Shown one piece after another: positions 12,383-24,313 of a stretch of 64,000 nt of DNA. The stretch is from Camelus ferus (taxonomy: Eukaryota), in NCBI RefSeq assembly GCF_009834535.1, contig NC_045696.1:72976001-73040000 (forward strand), in the 5' to 3' direction. Below the pieces are notes generated by a model. The model was given only the letters and a program-made list of their open reading frames with translations. It was not told where the DNA came from and did not search any database. The position numbers and the translations under genes are program-made. Positions within the stretch are counted from its first letter, which is position 1. Each line of letters begins with the position of its first letter.

Positions 12383-12494
12383 GAGAAACTATGTTTAAAA
12401 AAAATTTCCCTCGTTCCAATTCCCTGTGACTTTTGTAAATGCCAAGTGGCAGAAGTCTCATGATTTCAGCCTCTACCTGATAAGAAGTTTCAGT

Positions 12495-12680
12495 ATCATG
12501 AAGCAGTAAAAACACTATATCTTGCGTTAGAATATTCAGCCAACTAGCTGAGGAACGTTGGGGAAGTCAGTCTTTCTGTTTCCTCATCTTTAAAATGAGA
12601 GTGACATTCCAGGGCTATTGTGAGGCTCAAATGAGATAATAAAGGGAAAAGTCCTTTTTCAAAATTATGTAATTGTTATT
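12495..12680 (+). mobile_element. MIR relic
   Basis: TGTTTCCTCATCTTTAAAATGAG...GGGCTATTGTGAGGCTCAAATGAGATAAT. Confidence 0.7.
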
Positions 12681-12724
12681 TGTTATTTATTAATTATTTG
12701 TTATTAATAAACAACAAATAACAA
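12673..12724. repeat. AT-rich inverted repeat, 21-bp arms with 1 mismatch
   Basis: TTGTTATTTGTTATTTATTAA (12673-12693) vs TTAATAAACAACAAATAACAA (12704-12724). Confidence 0.85.
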
Positions 12725-13039
12725 GACAGAATAATGAAAGGCACTGGTGATGTCTAACTTGTTTGTTAAGGGCACACAGATTCCCTGGAATCTTACTCTG
12801 TCAGCATTTCCTTTCCCTCTCGCTCTGTGTCACAGACACAGACACAGACACACACATGCACAAACATACCACTCAGCACACATTACTTTCACTGCTACTG
12901 CTTCTCGTTACCACTATTTCTTATTTTTTTTTAAATGATCTTAGTATATGAAAGCGAGTCTTAGTTTACTTAGTTTACTTGGCTCATGCAGGGGAATAAA
13001 TGTAAAATAAGGAAAAACTGAAGAATGTGTATTCCCTCA

Positions 13040-13900
13040 CTTCAGTGAATACCAATTGAGTGCCTAGTAGGCGTTTAGTATTAAACAATGCTCTAAGAAT
13101 ACAGAGTTGAAGAAAACACAATCCCTGCCCTCAAGGGCTTCACAGCCTAGGAGAGGAGATGGAAAGTGTACAGACAATGTCTATAAAATGTGACAGAGGA
13201 ACACAAATCTCTCACCCACTTCGGGGATGTCAAGGAGGACACCTGAGCCAGGGCAGCCTAGTGGGAAGGGGATGGGACAAGACAGCAAAGGAGCAGGAGC
13301 ATGAAGCTACAGGGAGCACCAGGCAACCTCGGGTCCCCTGTGTCACTAAGCATCAGCAGGGATTCTGGAGAGAAGACCCCCCAGAGGTGAACAGAAGTCA
13401 GGACCAAAAACCCTTTGTTTACTATGCTGAAAGCAGGGGCTTTACTCTCTCAACTCTGAGGAGCCATTGGAGAGTTTTTAAGCTTGAAAGCAATGTGGTT
13501 AGACTTGTGCTTTAGATGGATTTCCTAGAGACAGTGACAATAACAGATCTGATGGGGGCAAGAAGAGAGATAGTAAGACAGATGTGTAGGGTAGGAGGAG
13601 GGCAAGAGATAACAAAGGAAAGAAATCAGGCAGCAGCCATCAAAATATATATAAAGGATAAAACTGATAAGACTTTGTGATTGACTGAACATGGGGACGG
13701 AGGGAGAATGAAGGAAAGGGAGCAGTCTGCAGTGTCTCCTGCCGTGTCTCTGTCTTGGATAGCCCGGTGGGTAAGGGGGCTGGGGGAAGGAGGGCGTAGG
13801 CGTGAGAGCACTTGCATTTGCAGGAGTAGATTGGGAGAGTCAAGGAAATGGCCATGATCCATCTACTCAGGTGCGCCTGGAGTGCTCAAGGGAGACAAAG
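13040..13900 (-). mobile_element. LINE-2 relic
   Basis: ATTGAGTGCCTAGTAGG...ATCCCTGCCCTCAAGGGCTTCACAGCCTAG...GGAGCCATTGGAGAGTTTTTAAGC: typical antisense L2 3' region. Confidence 0.65.
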
Positions 13901-14499
13901 TCCACAAAGGAGTCAGTCCCTCGGAGGTTTCTTCCAGTCAAGATAGCTGGTGAGAGATAGCTAGCCTAGGTTTACCCAAGAAATACTCAAATACTAGCAT
14001 CCTCACGGATCCTGATGGTAAATACCAAGAAAGCCAAACTTGTAATGCTTGCCCCTGCAGTGCTATCATTCCATCCTTCAAGCACATCGGCATTCAAGGG
14101 ACCCGCAGGAAGACGACAGTGGCCATTCAACCCGAAACGGCCAAAGGCAGAGTAAGGACGTCAGTGTGGTTGCTGTGTCCTCGCCTCACATCTGCTCTTG
14201 ACCGAGCTCAGAGCGGTTACACACAGGCCACGGCCTTCCTACTTTCTCATCTGAATAAGGAACAAGGAAATACCACATATATGACGTGACGAGGACTAGT
14301 AGAGAAGCCTCAGGGCCACTTGTGTAGCATTAAGCGCAACCCTATTCTGTGTAGCCCTGGTGACTTTCTGCCCCCTAACTTCTCCCTCCTTCAACATCCT
14401 ACATCTCCCCTGGAGCCCGGGACTCCTCGCATGGCAGCTCTGTCACCAGTTCGGTTGTTTATTGTGTTTCTATTTGAGAATTATAGAGGCGAAAGTCCC

Positions 14500-14617
14500 T
14501 TTTTCTTTGTTTTTTGTTTTTGTTTTGTTTTGTTTTATTCATGGAGATACTGGCTATTGAACCCAGAGGTTGGGCATGCTAAGCATACACTCTACCATTA
14601 GAGCAATACCCACCCCC
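14500..14617 (-). mobile_element. vic-1-like SINE, short form, diverged
   Basis: T-rich tail, then GGAGATACTGGCTATTGAACCCAG...CATGCTAAGCATACACTCTACCA. Confidence 0.8.
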
Positions 14618-14664
14618 CTTCTTATTTTTAATTTTTTTCCACCCCCTTTAAAATTAAAAAAAAA

Positions 14665-14784
14665 TTTTTTTAGAGGGAGAGGTAATTAGGTTTGTTTGTT
14701 TGTTTCTTTAACGGAGGTGCTGGGATTGAACCCAGGACCTCATGCATGCTAACTGCGCACTCTACCACTGAGCTATACCTTCTC
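14665..14784 (-). mobile_element. vic-1-like SINE, long-tail form
   Basis: GGTAATTAGGTTT...GGAGGTGCTGGGATTGAACCCAGGACCTCATGCATGCT...CTACCACTGAGCTATACC. Confidence 0.88.
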
Positions 14785-15929
14785 TCAAAAAATCTCTTTT
14801 GAAAAAAAAAAAAACCTGTTCCTCTTATTTCGGGTGCCCCTTACCTATCAAAGATCTTCCATTTACCCCCATTCACAAAGCAACTAGGTGCTTTCCCTCT
14901 GCTGTTTGCAGTCTTAGTCACAGCCCCATGGAAGGATTAGGTGCAAATGTCACTCTGCCATTTCCTTCAGTAGATTGTGCAAGTGTAAGCAGGATTGTGT
15001 AAGTGAATATTAGCTCTTCCCCTCCAGTGCTAATATGGCAAGCAGTGTTTGAGATCTTTTTTTTTTTTTCCTTCCTTGCAGAGGGATAGAATGAGCAAGC
15101 AGAGTCATACCTTTCTTTCCCTTGGCAGGCAGGAGTAGCGAACTGAGAAGCCTGCCAAACTGCCAGTCCATGTATGGAACGTGTCCAGTAACTTAGGGAC
15201 TGAAATTCAGGATGGCCACTAACGGTCTTGGTGGGTTGACTGGAAATGATTTCTTTATGAAGAAAAATCCTTCAGAGGGACCCCTTTCTATGAAGTTGTG
15301 ATGGTAAGACCTCCCTTGCACTAGTGGGAGCAATGCGAAGAACACTTTTACTAGCGATTAGTAATCGGTAAACCGGACAGGCGTCCTCCTTCTCTGTGGT
15401 GGCCCAGCAGGTCTGATCTCAACTTTGTTCAGTCTCATCACTCTTGTGAACTCAGATCCCACTGCTCCTTCAGAGCCATGTGGACCAGAGACCTGACAGG
15501 TGGCCTGGAGACAAGTTCATGTTTGCAGCTAGATTCATCTGTGGGTTAGCCAAAGTATAGAAATTGTGGAGTAAGCCTTTAGAAACATTTACAGCAATTT
15601 AACAAGGTAGCTTTGTACCTAATTAAAAAGTTAGGTTTGTCCTTTTTAATATCATTTTTTCTAATAATTTATTTTTATTTTATGTTATGAAAGTGTAAAT
15701 CAACGGAGGATTAGAATTTTTTTTAAAGATCTGGCTTCCCCATAGATTCTTTGAGAAGTGCTGGTAAAGGAACACTAGATAGAATTCAGGGCTCCTGGCC
15801 CAGCCTGTGCTCTTTCATCAACCATCCGTGTGGACAATTCACTTTGTCTCAAAGGGGTACGAGTTCAGGTCTGGAACAGGTTGGGGGGAGTGGACATTGG
15901 ACTTTAACCATACCTCTTTTTCTAACGGC

Positions 15930-16650
15930 ATCACCATCTACCCTGACTAAAGCATATAGATTGTTCTTTAATATTTTTCCCCTTTAAACATATCCAGTTG
16001 GGCAAAGTCCTGTAGATTCTATCCCTGAAATGCACCTCACATCCTCTCGCCCTGCCTTCTGATGTATTAGGTCTCCTCCAAACTGAGCCTCCTGTCTCGA
16101 GGCTTGGCTCTTACCATCTTATTGTTAGAAAGACCTTTCTGACATAAAGACCTCATTCCTCTGCTTACAGAGGAGTGCCTTGTTGCCCTGTACAACACAT
16201 TCCAAACTTTGCTGACTCTCCAAAGCCCTTGGTGAATGGATCTGGCCTCATCTCCAGGCACCCTCCCCAAACCACCCTAAGCCCCAACCACCTTGGGCTC
16301 CTTGCTGCTCCTCAGAACCCTTGTTACACCTCACCTTCACACTTCGGTTCACGCTGTCACCTCTGCCCCGGAATGCCTCTTCCTTCTTGTCTACCTGGTA
16401 CTTTCATTCTTCAAGCTCAGCTCGTGTCACTGTCTCTCTGTATTTTCTCTGGCGTCCCTCTTTCTCTACCAGATATAGTTACTCCTTCATCTATGTCTTC
16501 TTCTCACTTTATATTCATATTTATTTAAATGTTTTATATAGTTATTAGTTTACCTGCTTTCCCTTTCAAAACTAAGATTCCTTGTGAATCTTAATTATCC
16601 CAGCACCTGGTATAATGCCTCACATACAAGAGACACCCAGTTATTTATAT
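15930..16650 (+). mobile_element. LINE-2 relic
   Basis: AAAGTCCTGTAGATTCTATCC...CTCTGCCCCGGAATGCC...CCCAGCACCTGGTATAATGCC; degraded. Confidence 0.55.
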
Positions 16651-16736
16651 CCATATTATAGATTGAGATACTTTTTTATTCATTCATTCATTAGGGGCCA
16701 GCATGTGCCAATCTCTCAAGATTTAGCAACAACTAA

Positions 16737-17358
16737 AGCAGCACTAACTAACTAAAGCAGCAACACTATTTACAATAGCCAAGACATGGAAACAATCTAA
16801 ATGTCCATTGACAGATGACTGGATAAAGAAGACATAGTATACATATATACGATGGAATATTGCTCAGCCATATAAAAGAATGGGAAAAAATGAAATAATG
16901 CCATTTGCAGCAACAATGGATGGACCTAGAGATTATCATATTAAATGAAGTAAGTCAGAGAAAGACAAATATCATATGATATTGCTTATATGTGGAATCT
17001 TAAAAAAAATAAAAATTTCATTTACAAACCAGAAATAGACATAGAAAACAAACTGTGGTTACCAGGGGAGAAAGTGTGGGGGTGGGGGTAGGGCTAGATT
17101 AAGAGTTTGAGATTAACAAATACACACTACTATATATAAAATAGATAAACAACAAGGACTTACTGTATAGCACAGGGAACTATATTCAGTTTCTTATAAT
17201 GAGCTGTAATGGAAAAGAATCTGAAAAAAAATGTATGTATATGTATAGCTGAATTGCTTTGCTATACAAATGAAACTGACATTGTAAATGGACTACATTT
17301 CAATAAAAAATAAGAATTTTTTTTAAAATCATATGGTTTGAACAAAAATTTTTTTAAA
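16737..17358 (+). mobile_element. 5'-truncated LINE-1 (ORF2 end plus 3'UTR) with 19-bp TSD, inserted in an antisense L2
   Basis: CTATTTACAATAGCCAAGACATGGAAACAA...CAATAAA; TSD AAGATTTAGCAACAACTAA (16718-16736) / AAGATTTAGTGATAACTAA (17359-17377). Confidence 0.9.
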
Positions 17359-17894
17359 AAGATTTAGTGATAACTAAGATAGACAAGGTCACAACCAACA
17401 TGGAGTTTACATTACAATGTAGGAGAGAGAAAACAAACAAATGGGGTGGTAAATAAAACAGGTAAATAAAAAACAAGATAATTACATGTTGAGATCATTG
17501 CTATGAAGGACCTGAACAGACTGATGAGATAGAGCCTGCCTGGGAGAGGCCGTCACCCCGAGGAAGATCAGAAGCATCCTCTCTGAGAAGATGATACTTG
17601 AGCTGAGATCTGAAAGACGAAAAGAGCAGGGAGGGAAAGGGAAGAGCCTGTTCAAGGATCAGGTGTGTACACATGTTTTTTCATGTGAAGATAGACATAT
17701 TTACATCAAGTTTTTAAGTACTATTTATATTTTGTAAAACAAATTCTGTCTACAGTATCTCCCTTTCTCATGGAACTAACATCCAATATATGTTCTCAGC
17801 ATTTATTGGAAACCATTTATTGGACAAGCAACGGTTCCACACAGACCCCTGCTTCTGACCTCATGCCAAAATAAAACTTATTTATACCTTGTGT

Positions 17895-18075
17895 GGTGAG
17901 GTAGAGAGAGGATGGACTTCACTTGATTTCTTGATTCCACTTACTTCCTAGTGGGGTGTCCTTGAACAAGTTGCTTAATTTATCTGAGCCCCATTTCATT
18001 ATCAGTAAAATAGAGATAGGAATAATTATCTCATCAAGTTGTTAAGAGGATTAAATGAGACATTTCTGAATCACA
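17895..18075 (+). mobile_element. MIR relic
   Basis: TGTCCTTGAACAAGTTGCTTAATTTATCTGAGCC...GTAAAATAGAGAT...AGAGGATTAAATGAGA. Confidence 0.7.
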
Positions 18076-18524
18076 AATCCAGTAGGAGCCTGACTTACTG
18101 CTTGAAGGCCCCCAGGGCTCTCCTGTGGCTTCCCCGTAAAATCCAGTCTCCTTGGGGAGCCTACCCAGCATACGTCTCCCATGCTGCCTCACCCGCCAGC
18201 CACAGGGTGTTACTGATGCTTCCTGAGATACAGCTGTCCCTTCAATTCTTCATTTACCCAGTACATTTTTCTTGAGTCCCTGTAATGAGTGAGGCTGGAT
18301 TAAATAACTGTTCTTCATCCCTTTGGCTATATTTTCCAAAGATTTAGCAAATCTCCCTCCTGCACATTCTCCATTCCCTTACAACTGTCTCACGAAAGAG
18401 CCTTTTTGTTGTTCAGGGCCCATGGGGTGAAATATCTGAGCAATGGGCTGGTCCAAGCGGGAGGTACCCCAGGACACTTTCCCTGAGAGGAACATAGGAA
18501 TTTAGGGGGGGAAAAAAGGTAGGG

Positions 18525-18720
18525 GGAGAAATGATGGAATTTTAAAATCACCATTCAGCAATCCAGAGTGAAATAATTGATTCAGTCAAGGATCATTAGT
18601 GGATGCTAGAACCATTAGGTGAAAAGTTGTGGTTGAGAAATAGGATACTGAAAAAAAAAATCCCTTAAAATGGCAAGATCTGATGATCATCACCTCACCC
18701 AAATGATCAAACTCAGCTTC
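18525..18720 (+). mobile_element. Old L1MC/L1ME 3'UTR fragment
   Basis: GGATGCTAGAACCATTAGGTGAAAAGTTG...CACCTCACCCAAATGATCAAACTCAGC. Confidence 0.6.
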
Positions 18721-19711
18721 CTTCTGAAACATTTGACAGGGTTCATCTCCTTTATCATTTCTACCTTTACTCTCAATCTACTTCTGCCTGTTTCTCAATA
18801 TAAGTCTCCAGAGTTTAGTCTTCTGCCCTTTCTTTTAATGCTACATGTTCTTCCTGGGCAAACTCAGCCACACCCAAGGTCTTAACCCAAAGCTGTATGC
18901 TGATAACCTCCAATGCTGTTTCCATTCCCACATCTCGTCCCACATCTCTAAATTCATAGTCCAAATGCCTGCTGGTCTTGCTCATTGGGACTTCCTCAAT
19001 TGCAGCTTTCCTAATAATTTTTTCCCTTTTCCTGGCCCCATTCAGATATATTCCTCATTTTGCATTACTTAACTAGATAAATGGCCTCATGGTCCATCAG
19101 TTATCCAAGCCAGAAATATGGTGGTCTTTCTCTGTTCATATTGTCAGCCGAGATTTATTTATTATCTCCTAGTGACTAGGTACCGTTTTTATCACTAGAC
19201 ATGCAACAGGGGCAAAACCAATTTCAACACCTATTTACATGGAGAAATAGACATGATTTAAATGATCACACAAATATATGCATAATTATAAACTGAGATA
19301 AACCTTTTGAGAAAAAGGAATAGGGAGCTAAGAAAATAAAACAGAGGACTTACCCCAGCAAGGGAGGAAGGGGACAAGGAAATCAGTTCAGAAAATGCTT
19401 CTCTGAGACAATATTGAATTCAGATCAGAAGGATGCAGTGAAATTAACTAAGTGGGGGAAGGGAAGAGGTGGGTGGGTAAAGAGATGGTGGTCTCTAGGA
19501 AGAGGGAAGAATACATGCAAAAACCTTGAAGTAGCTCTTTTGAATAAGTGAGCGAATGATGGTGTGGATGGAGCACAGAGAACAAGACGCAAAGAGCCTA
19601 AGACCAAAACTGGCTGGGCACTGAAAACCATGTACAATGTTTTGAATATTATCTTAAAAACAATGGGAAGGTAGTTTAAAAGTTTTAAACTGGGTGGGGT
19701 GGAGATGGAAG

Positions 19712-20175
19712 TATTCTTTAAAACAGCCCAAAGTGGAAACAACTCCAAATGTCTGTCAACCAATGAATGGGTAAATTAATGTGGCTTAGCCATATGTTGG
19801 AATATTTTCATCAATAAAAAGCAATGAGAACTGACACATGCTACATGGATGAACTCTGGAAACACTATGCTCAAAGAAAGAAGCCAGTCATTAAAAACCA
19901 TATAGGCTATGATTTTATTTACATGATAAAGAATAGACAAATCTATAGACAGGAAGTAGATCAGTGTCTGCCTGGGTCTGGGGAAGTGAGAGGGATGGGC
20001 AATGAACGCTATTAGGCACAGGCTTTCCTTGGGAGATGATGAAAAAGATGTAAAATTAGATTGTGCTGATAGTTGCACAACTCTGTGAATATACTACAGA
20101 CCATTAAAATGTACAACTTAAATGGGTGAATTGTATGATACGTGAATTTTATCTCAATAAAACTGTTTTCAAAAA
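19712..20175 (+). mobile_element. L1MB/L1ME-type 3' end
   Basis: ACAGCCCAAAGTGGAAACAACTCCAAATGTC...ACATGGATGAAC...GTTGCACAACTCTGTGAATATACTA...TATCTCAATAAAACTGTT. Confidence 0.85.
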
Positions 20176-20699
20176 AGGAAGGAAAGAAATAGATATTTAA
20201 GCCAGATGACAATGGGCTATTTTTAAATAGATGTTATTCCTTTTCTCTGATTCCAGGGTTCTGTTTTTCTGGTATCAAGACAGCTTGGAAACTGGTCCTC
20301 ACAAGTTTGTTTGGTGCAGACAGAATCAAAGCAAAAGGAATGTAATGGTTCTGAGGGGTCTTTCAAGTCAACTAAAAAACAACCCACATCAACTAGTGAC
20401 TGACGTGTTTATATATCTCACACTCTGAGAGTGCTATAGCTGCTCTGACAAAATTCTGAGTATTCAGTTTATTCATTCATTCAACATCTGTTTATTGAGA
20501 ACATATGTGGCACTTTATAATACATGCTTTAAACCATAGTCACCTTTTAAATATGAAATTGCCACTTCATCCGGGACCCTCTGTGCCAGACACACTGACA
20601 ATAGCACTGGATATCAGAAGTGGAGACTGTCCTTTAAATCTGGATGTAAGCTCTCCTAGTGCACAGTTCAACTCTGGATAACGGGAAGGTGGAAGTAGG

Positions 20700-20900
20700 A
20701 CACTGACATTTGCTGAATGTCTACAATTTGTCAAGCAATTCAAAAGTATGATCTCATTTAATCCTCATAATAACACTTTGAGGTGAGTATTATCATCAGA
20801 TGAATAAACTATTCAAACAGGTTGTGTAACTTACCCAAAGTCACACAACCTGTAAGATAGAAAGTATTTGAAACCAGGTCTTCTGATTCTAAAAGCTTTG
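20700..20900 (-). mobile_element. MIR relic
   Basis: ATCTCATTTAATCCTCATAATAAC...GTAACTTACCCAAAGTCACACA...TTTGAAACCAGGTCTTCTGATTC. Confidence 0.75.
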
Positions 20901-22074
20901 TCTTGCTTTTTTGGGGGGTTTGGTTTTGTCTCTGCTGGTTCTCAAGAGAATGTTTATGTATCAATTAATTTGTTCAACAAAGATTTATGTAGCATTACCA
21001 TATGCCAGGCACTGTGCTGGACCCTATGGATATAAAGGTGAACTCAGTGAGAATAATCACTGACCTCGTAGTCGAGCCGGGACGACAAACCTCTTAACAA
21101 AGACTTAGGTCTTCAATCAAGACTGAACTGCCTTTATGGAATTTCACTGTTTCCAGAGCTGTGTTCTGTGCTTCTGCATTCATTAAGGTCCCAGTCCCAA
21201 TTTCTCTTCCCAGCTGCATTCCTGCCACTTCATCCAGGACCCTACGTGCCAGACACATTGACCCCCTTCCCAGCAACACCCTAAACCACTGCTCTTTCTT
21301 TTCATGTTCACTATCCCCCTACTTTTATCCATGCTTCCCCTTCTGCCTTTTCCTACCTCTTAGGAAAAATAGATTTCAAAAGTGGAGGAGGGTGAAGGAG
21401 CTTGGTTTCATTCTGAGTTCTCCTTTTCTTTGTATCACAGTGGCAAGTTACTTAATCTTTCCCAGCTTCAGTGCCCTAACTGTAAACTGAGAATGATAAT
21501 AACCACCTCACACAATATTTGTGAAGATTAAAGTGATAAACAAGCATTGAGCTTGGCACAAAGTAGTTTGAAAAATGATTCTTGAATATGGGAATGAAGA
21601 CAAGAAATACTATGCATTAATAAAGGAAGACATCCTTGAGAGTCAGTGATGCTTCAGGAAGAAGGTAAGACTAAAATTACTTCTTGAAAGATGAGTACAT
21701 TTTGAACAGCCACAGTTGCAGGAGAGAGGCTAGATAAAGACTTGCTCTTTTTCTGTTTTAAATATTCTTTTACAAGATATTAGATAAATATTCTTTTACT
21801 GTAGAGCAGCCTCGGTAACTGGCTGTAATAAGAAGGTTAAGTCTCCTTTCTTGAGTAGTTAGTGCACTGTATTCACAAGAACGTTCTTCCACCCTTTTTA
21901 CTCTCCTGACCCAAAAATGGCTTAAGAACTTCTCTAGTTATCCCATCCACCAACTCAACTTCTCAGCCCGACTGCAGGTGCCGCCTCCACATATGTCTCC
22001 TTTTTGCCATGAACTCACAACCATTCACTGATTCTTTTTAACAGTTATTTATTGAGACACATTAAAATCCTAAA

Positions 22075-22420
22075 TTTGTGTTTGAATCTTGATTCAGCAG
22101 TTACATTATTAGGATTCTACTCCAAGGAAATAGTCATAGTTATACCAAATATTCAACTATAACAATGTTTATCACAAAGACAAAAAGCTAGAGACAAGCT
22201 AGATGTCCAGCAATAGGGGATTAGTTATGTAAATTCATGAAAGGTAATACCATATAGCTATTAAAGATGACGCATAAAAGAATATAGTATACATACAAAA
22301 ATACTGATGTGATTTCCCATGAATATATTAATGATTGTCACTGGGGTGTTTTTTTTTTTCTTTTCTTTTCTATGATGAACACTTAATACTCCTGTATTAA
22401 GAAAAAAATAATTTTTAAAA
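22075..22420 (+). mobile_element. Ancient L1ME fragment
   Basis: TTGATTCAGCAGTTACATTATTAGGATTCTACTCCAAGGAAATA...AGATGTCCAGCAATAGGGGATTAGTT. Confidence 0.55.
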
Positions 22421-23319
22421 GGCTATTTAGTTTGGTATATGGAATGTCACACTAAGAGAAAAGGCAGAAGATTATGGGAAGGGGCCAAAAAGATACATGC
22501 GAAGTGCCATATCTGTTTTTCTGTAATTTTTTTTAATATAAGAAAATGTCAAAAGACTAGCTTTCTTTCTTAAGAAAGTTACCTTTTCTAACCTTTCTTA
22601 TTTTTTATCTTAATAAATGCTCAATAAATATTAGTAACATTTTAGTAAAAAAAAAAAAAGAAGACATTACACAAATATTATACAGAGGCAGAATTGGCAC
22701 CATTTTCATCTGAATTGGAAAGCTGCTAATATTGAAGAAATTTCAAAGTCCTTTTTATGGCTTTGAAAACTATGTTTCTTCAGACTAGGCAGAGGTAGAG
22801 TTGAATGAAAAGCAGTTTTTTTCTTTCTCTCTCTTTTTATCTTTCTTTTTGTTGAAAGATCTCAGGGCAGTTATTATTTTAACAATTAAGAAATTTTAAT
22901 TAAAATCGTGTGAAAACTTAACATCGAAAGTCATAAAGTTAAAAGATATCTCTGCCCCTCCTTGGTAGGTGGTTCATAGTCACTTACCAAAAGTAACTTT
23001 ATGTTTCTTTAAAAAAAATTTTTTTTGAACACAAATGGAATCACATTACCCATATGGCTCTGCAATTTATTATCTTGACATATTTCTACATTGCATATAG
23101 AGTTTATTCACTTTTTTTAACTTCCTATATACATAATTTTAATGGACTTTTTTCACATTCAAGAAGTCAATGTTCCATCTAATTAATTAAACTAAAAACA
23201 ACAACATCAACCATAACTTTACAGCTGAGAGATGATCACTTTCAACATCTTGGAATGTCATCTTGCAACATCATTTCCGATTTCTCTCTATGCCTATGCA
23301 TACTAGTCTTAGGAAAACA

Positions 23320-23525
23320 ACTGCCATGTATTAAATACCACATAAGTACTAAGCACTTTACATATGTTATTTAACATGTCAATCATAGGATAGAAATATT
23401 AACCTCCCATTTTAGCAATGAGGAAACCAGAGTTCAGAGACGTGAGACACTTGTCCAAAGGCACTGGGATGAAGTGATGCAGCCTAGACACAGACTAGAT
23501 CGGTCTGCTCCCAAAGACCATGTTC
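23320..23525 (-). mobile_element. MIR relic
   Basis: CTAAGCACTTTACATATGTTAT...CCCATTTTAGCAATGAGGAAACCAGAGTTCAGAGA...ACTTGTCCAAAGG. Confidence 0.75.
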
Positions 23526-24116
23526 TCAACCAGGTATACGGACTCACCACTAAACCAAAACTTAAATATGGGCACCTATATGTATGAAAAAGGAACCGTA
23601 TTACAAATAGTATCTAGCAACCTTTTTTCTCACTTGAAAATATATCATAGACTTATTTTCATCACAATAAATTACAACTTCATCATCATTTCTAATGAAG
23701 GCCTTGCCCTTCATTTTATATATGGAAGATCATGAAATACTGAAGTCAATTCCCCTCTGTTGGATATAGGATTGATTCCAATATTTTACTCTTATAATAA
23801 ACACTGACATCAATATTTTCATTTCCTGCATATTTTAAAGCATTATTTCATATAGAAAGTGTCTTTAGTGTACGTATCCTTTACCTACTTGATGCAACAA
23901 CTTCTTACAGAACTTCAAAGAAGGCTGCACTAGAATGAATGCAAGCTTCTCAAGAATTAATACACATAAGAAGGCAAAAATAATTCCTTTTTGTTCTTAT
24001 ACTTTACTTTGTTGACAACACTTAGTTATAAGCGTTGTAAGGAAATTGTATATATGTATGAGGAAATTGGAAATAATCTAAATGACTAGCAAAACATTTT
24101 AAAATAAAGTATAAAT

Positions 24117-24313
24117 CTGCCCTTTGTATATGATAACCACCAGCCACATATGGTTATTTAAATTTAAATTTAATTTAATTTAAAATTCAGGTCCTCGGTT
24201 TCACTAGCCATATTTAAAGTGCTCAGTTGCCACATGGGACTAGTGATGACCATGTCGGATTGGGCGGTTACAGAAATTTCCATCATCACAGAAAATTCAG
24301 TTGAACAGTGCTG
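24117..24313 (-). mobile_element. MER3-like hAT-Charlie DNA transposon
   Basis: CAGCCACATATGGTTATTTAAATTTAAA...CACTAGCCATATTTAAAGTGCTCA...ATTTCCATCATCACAGAAA...TTGAACAGTGCTG. Confidence 0.8.
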
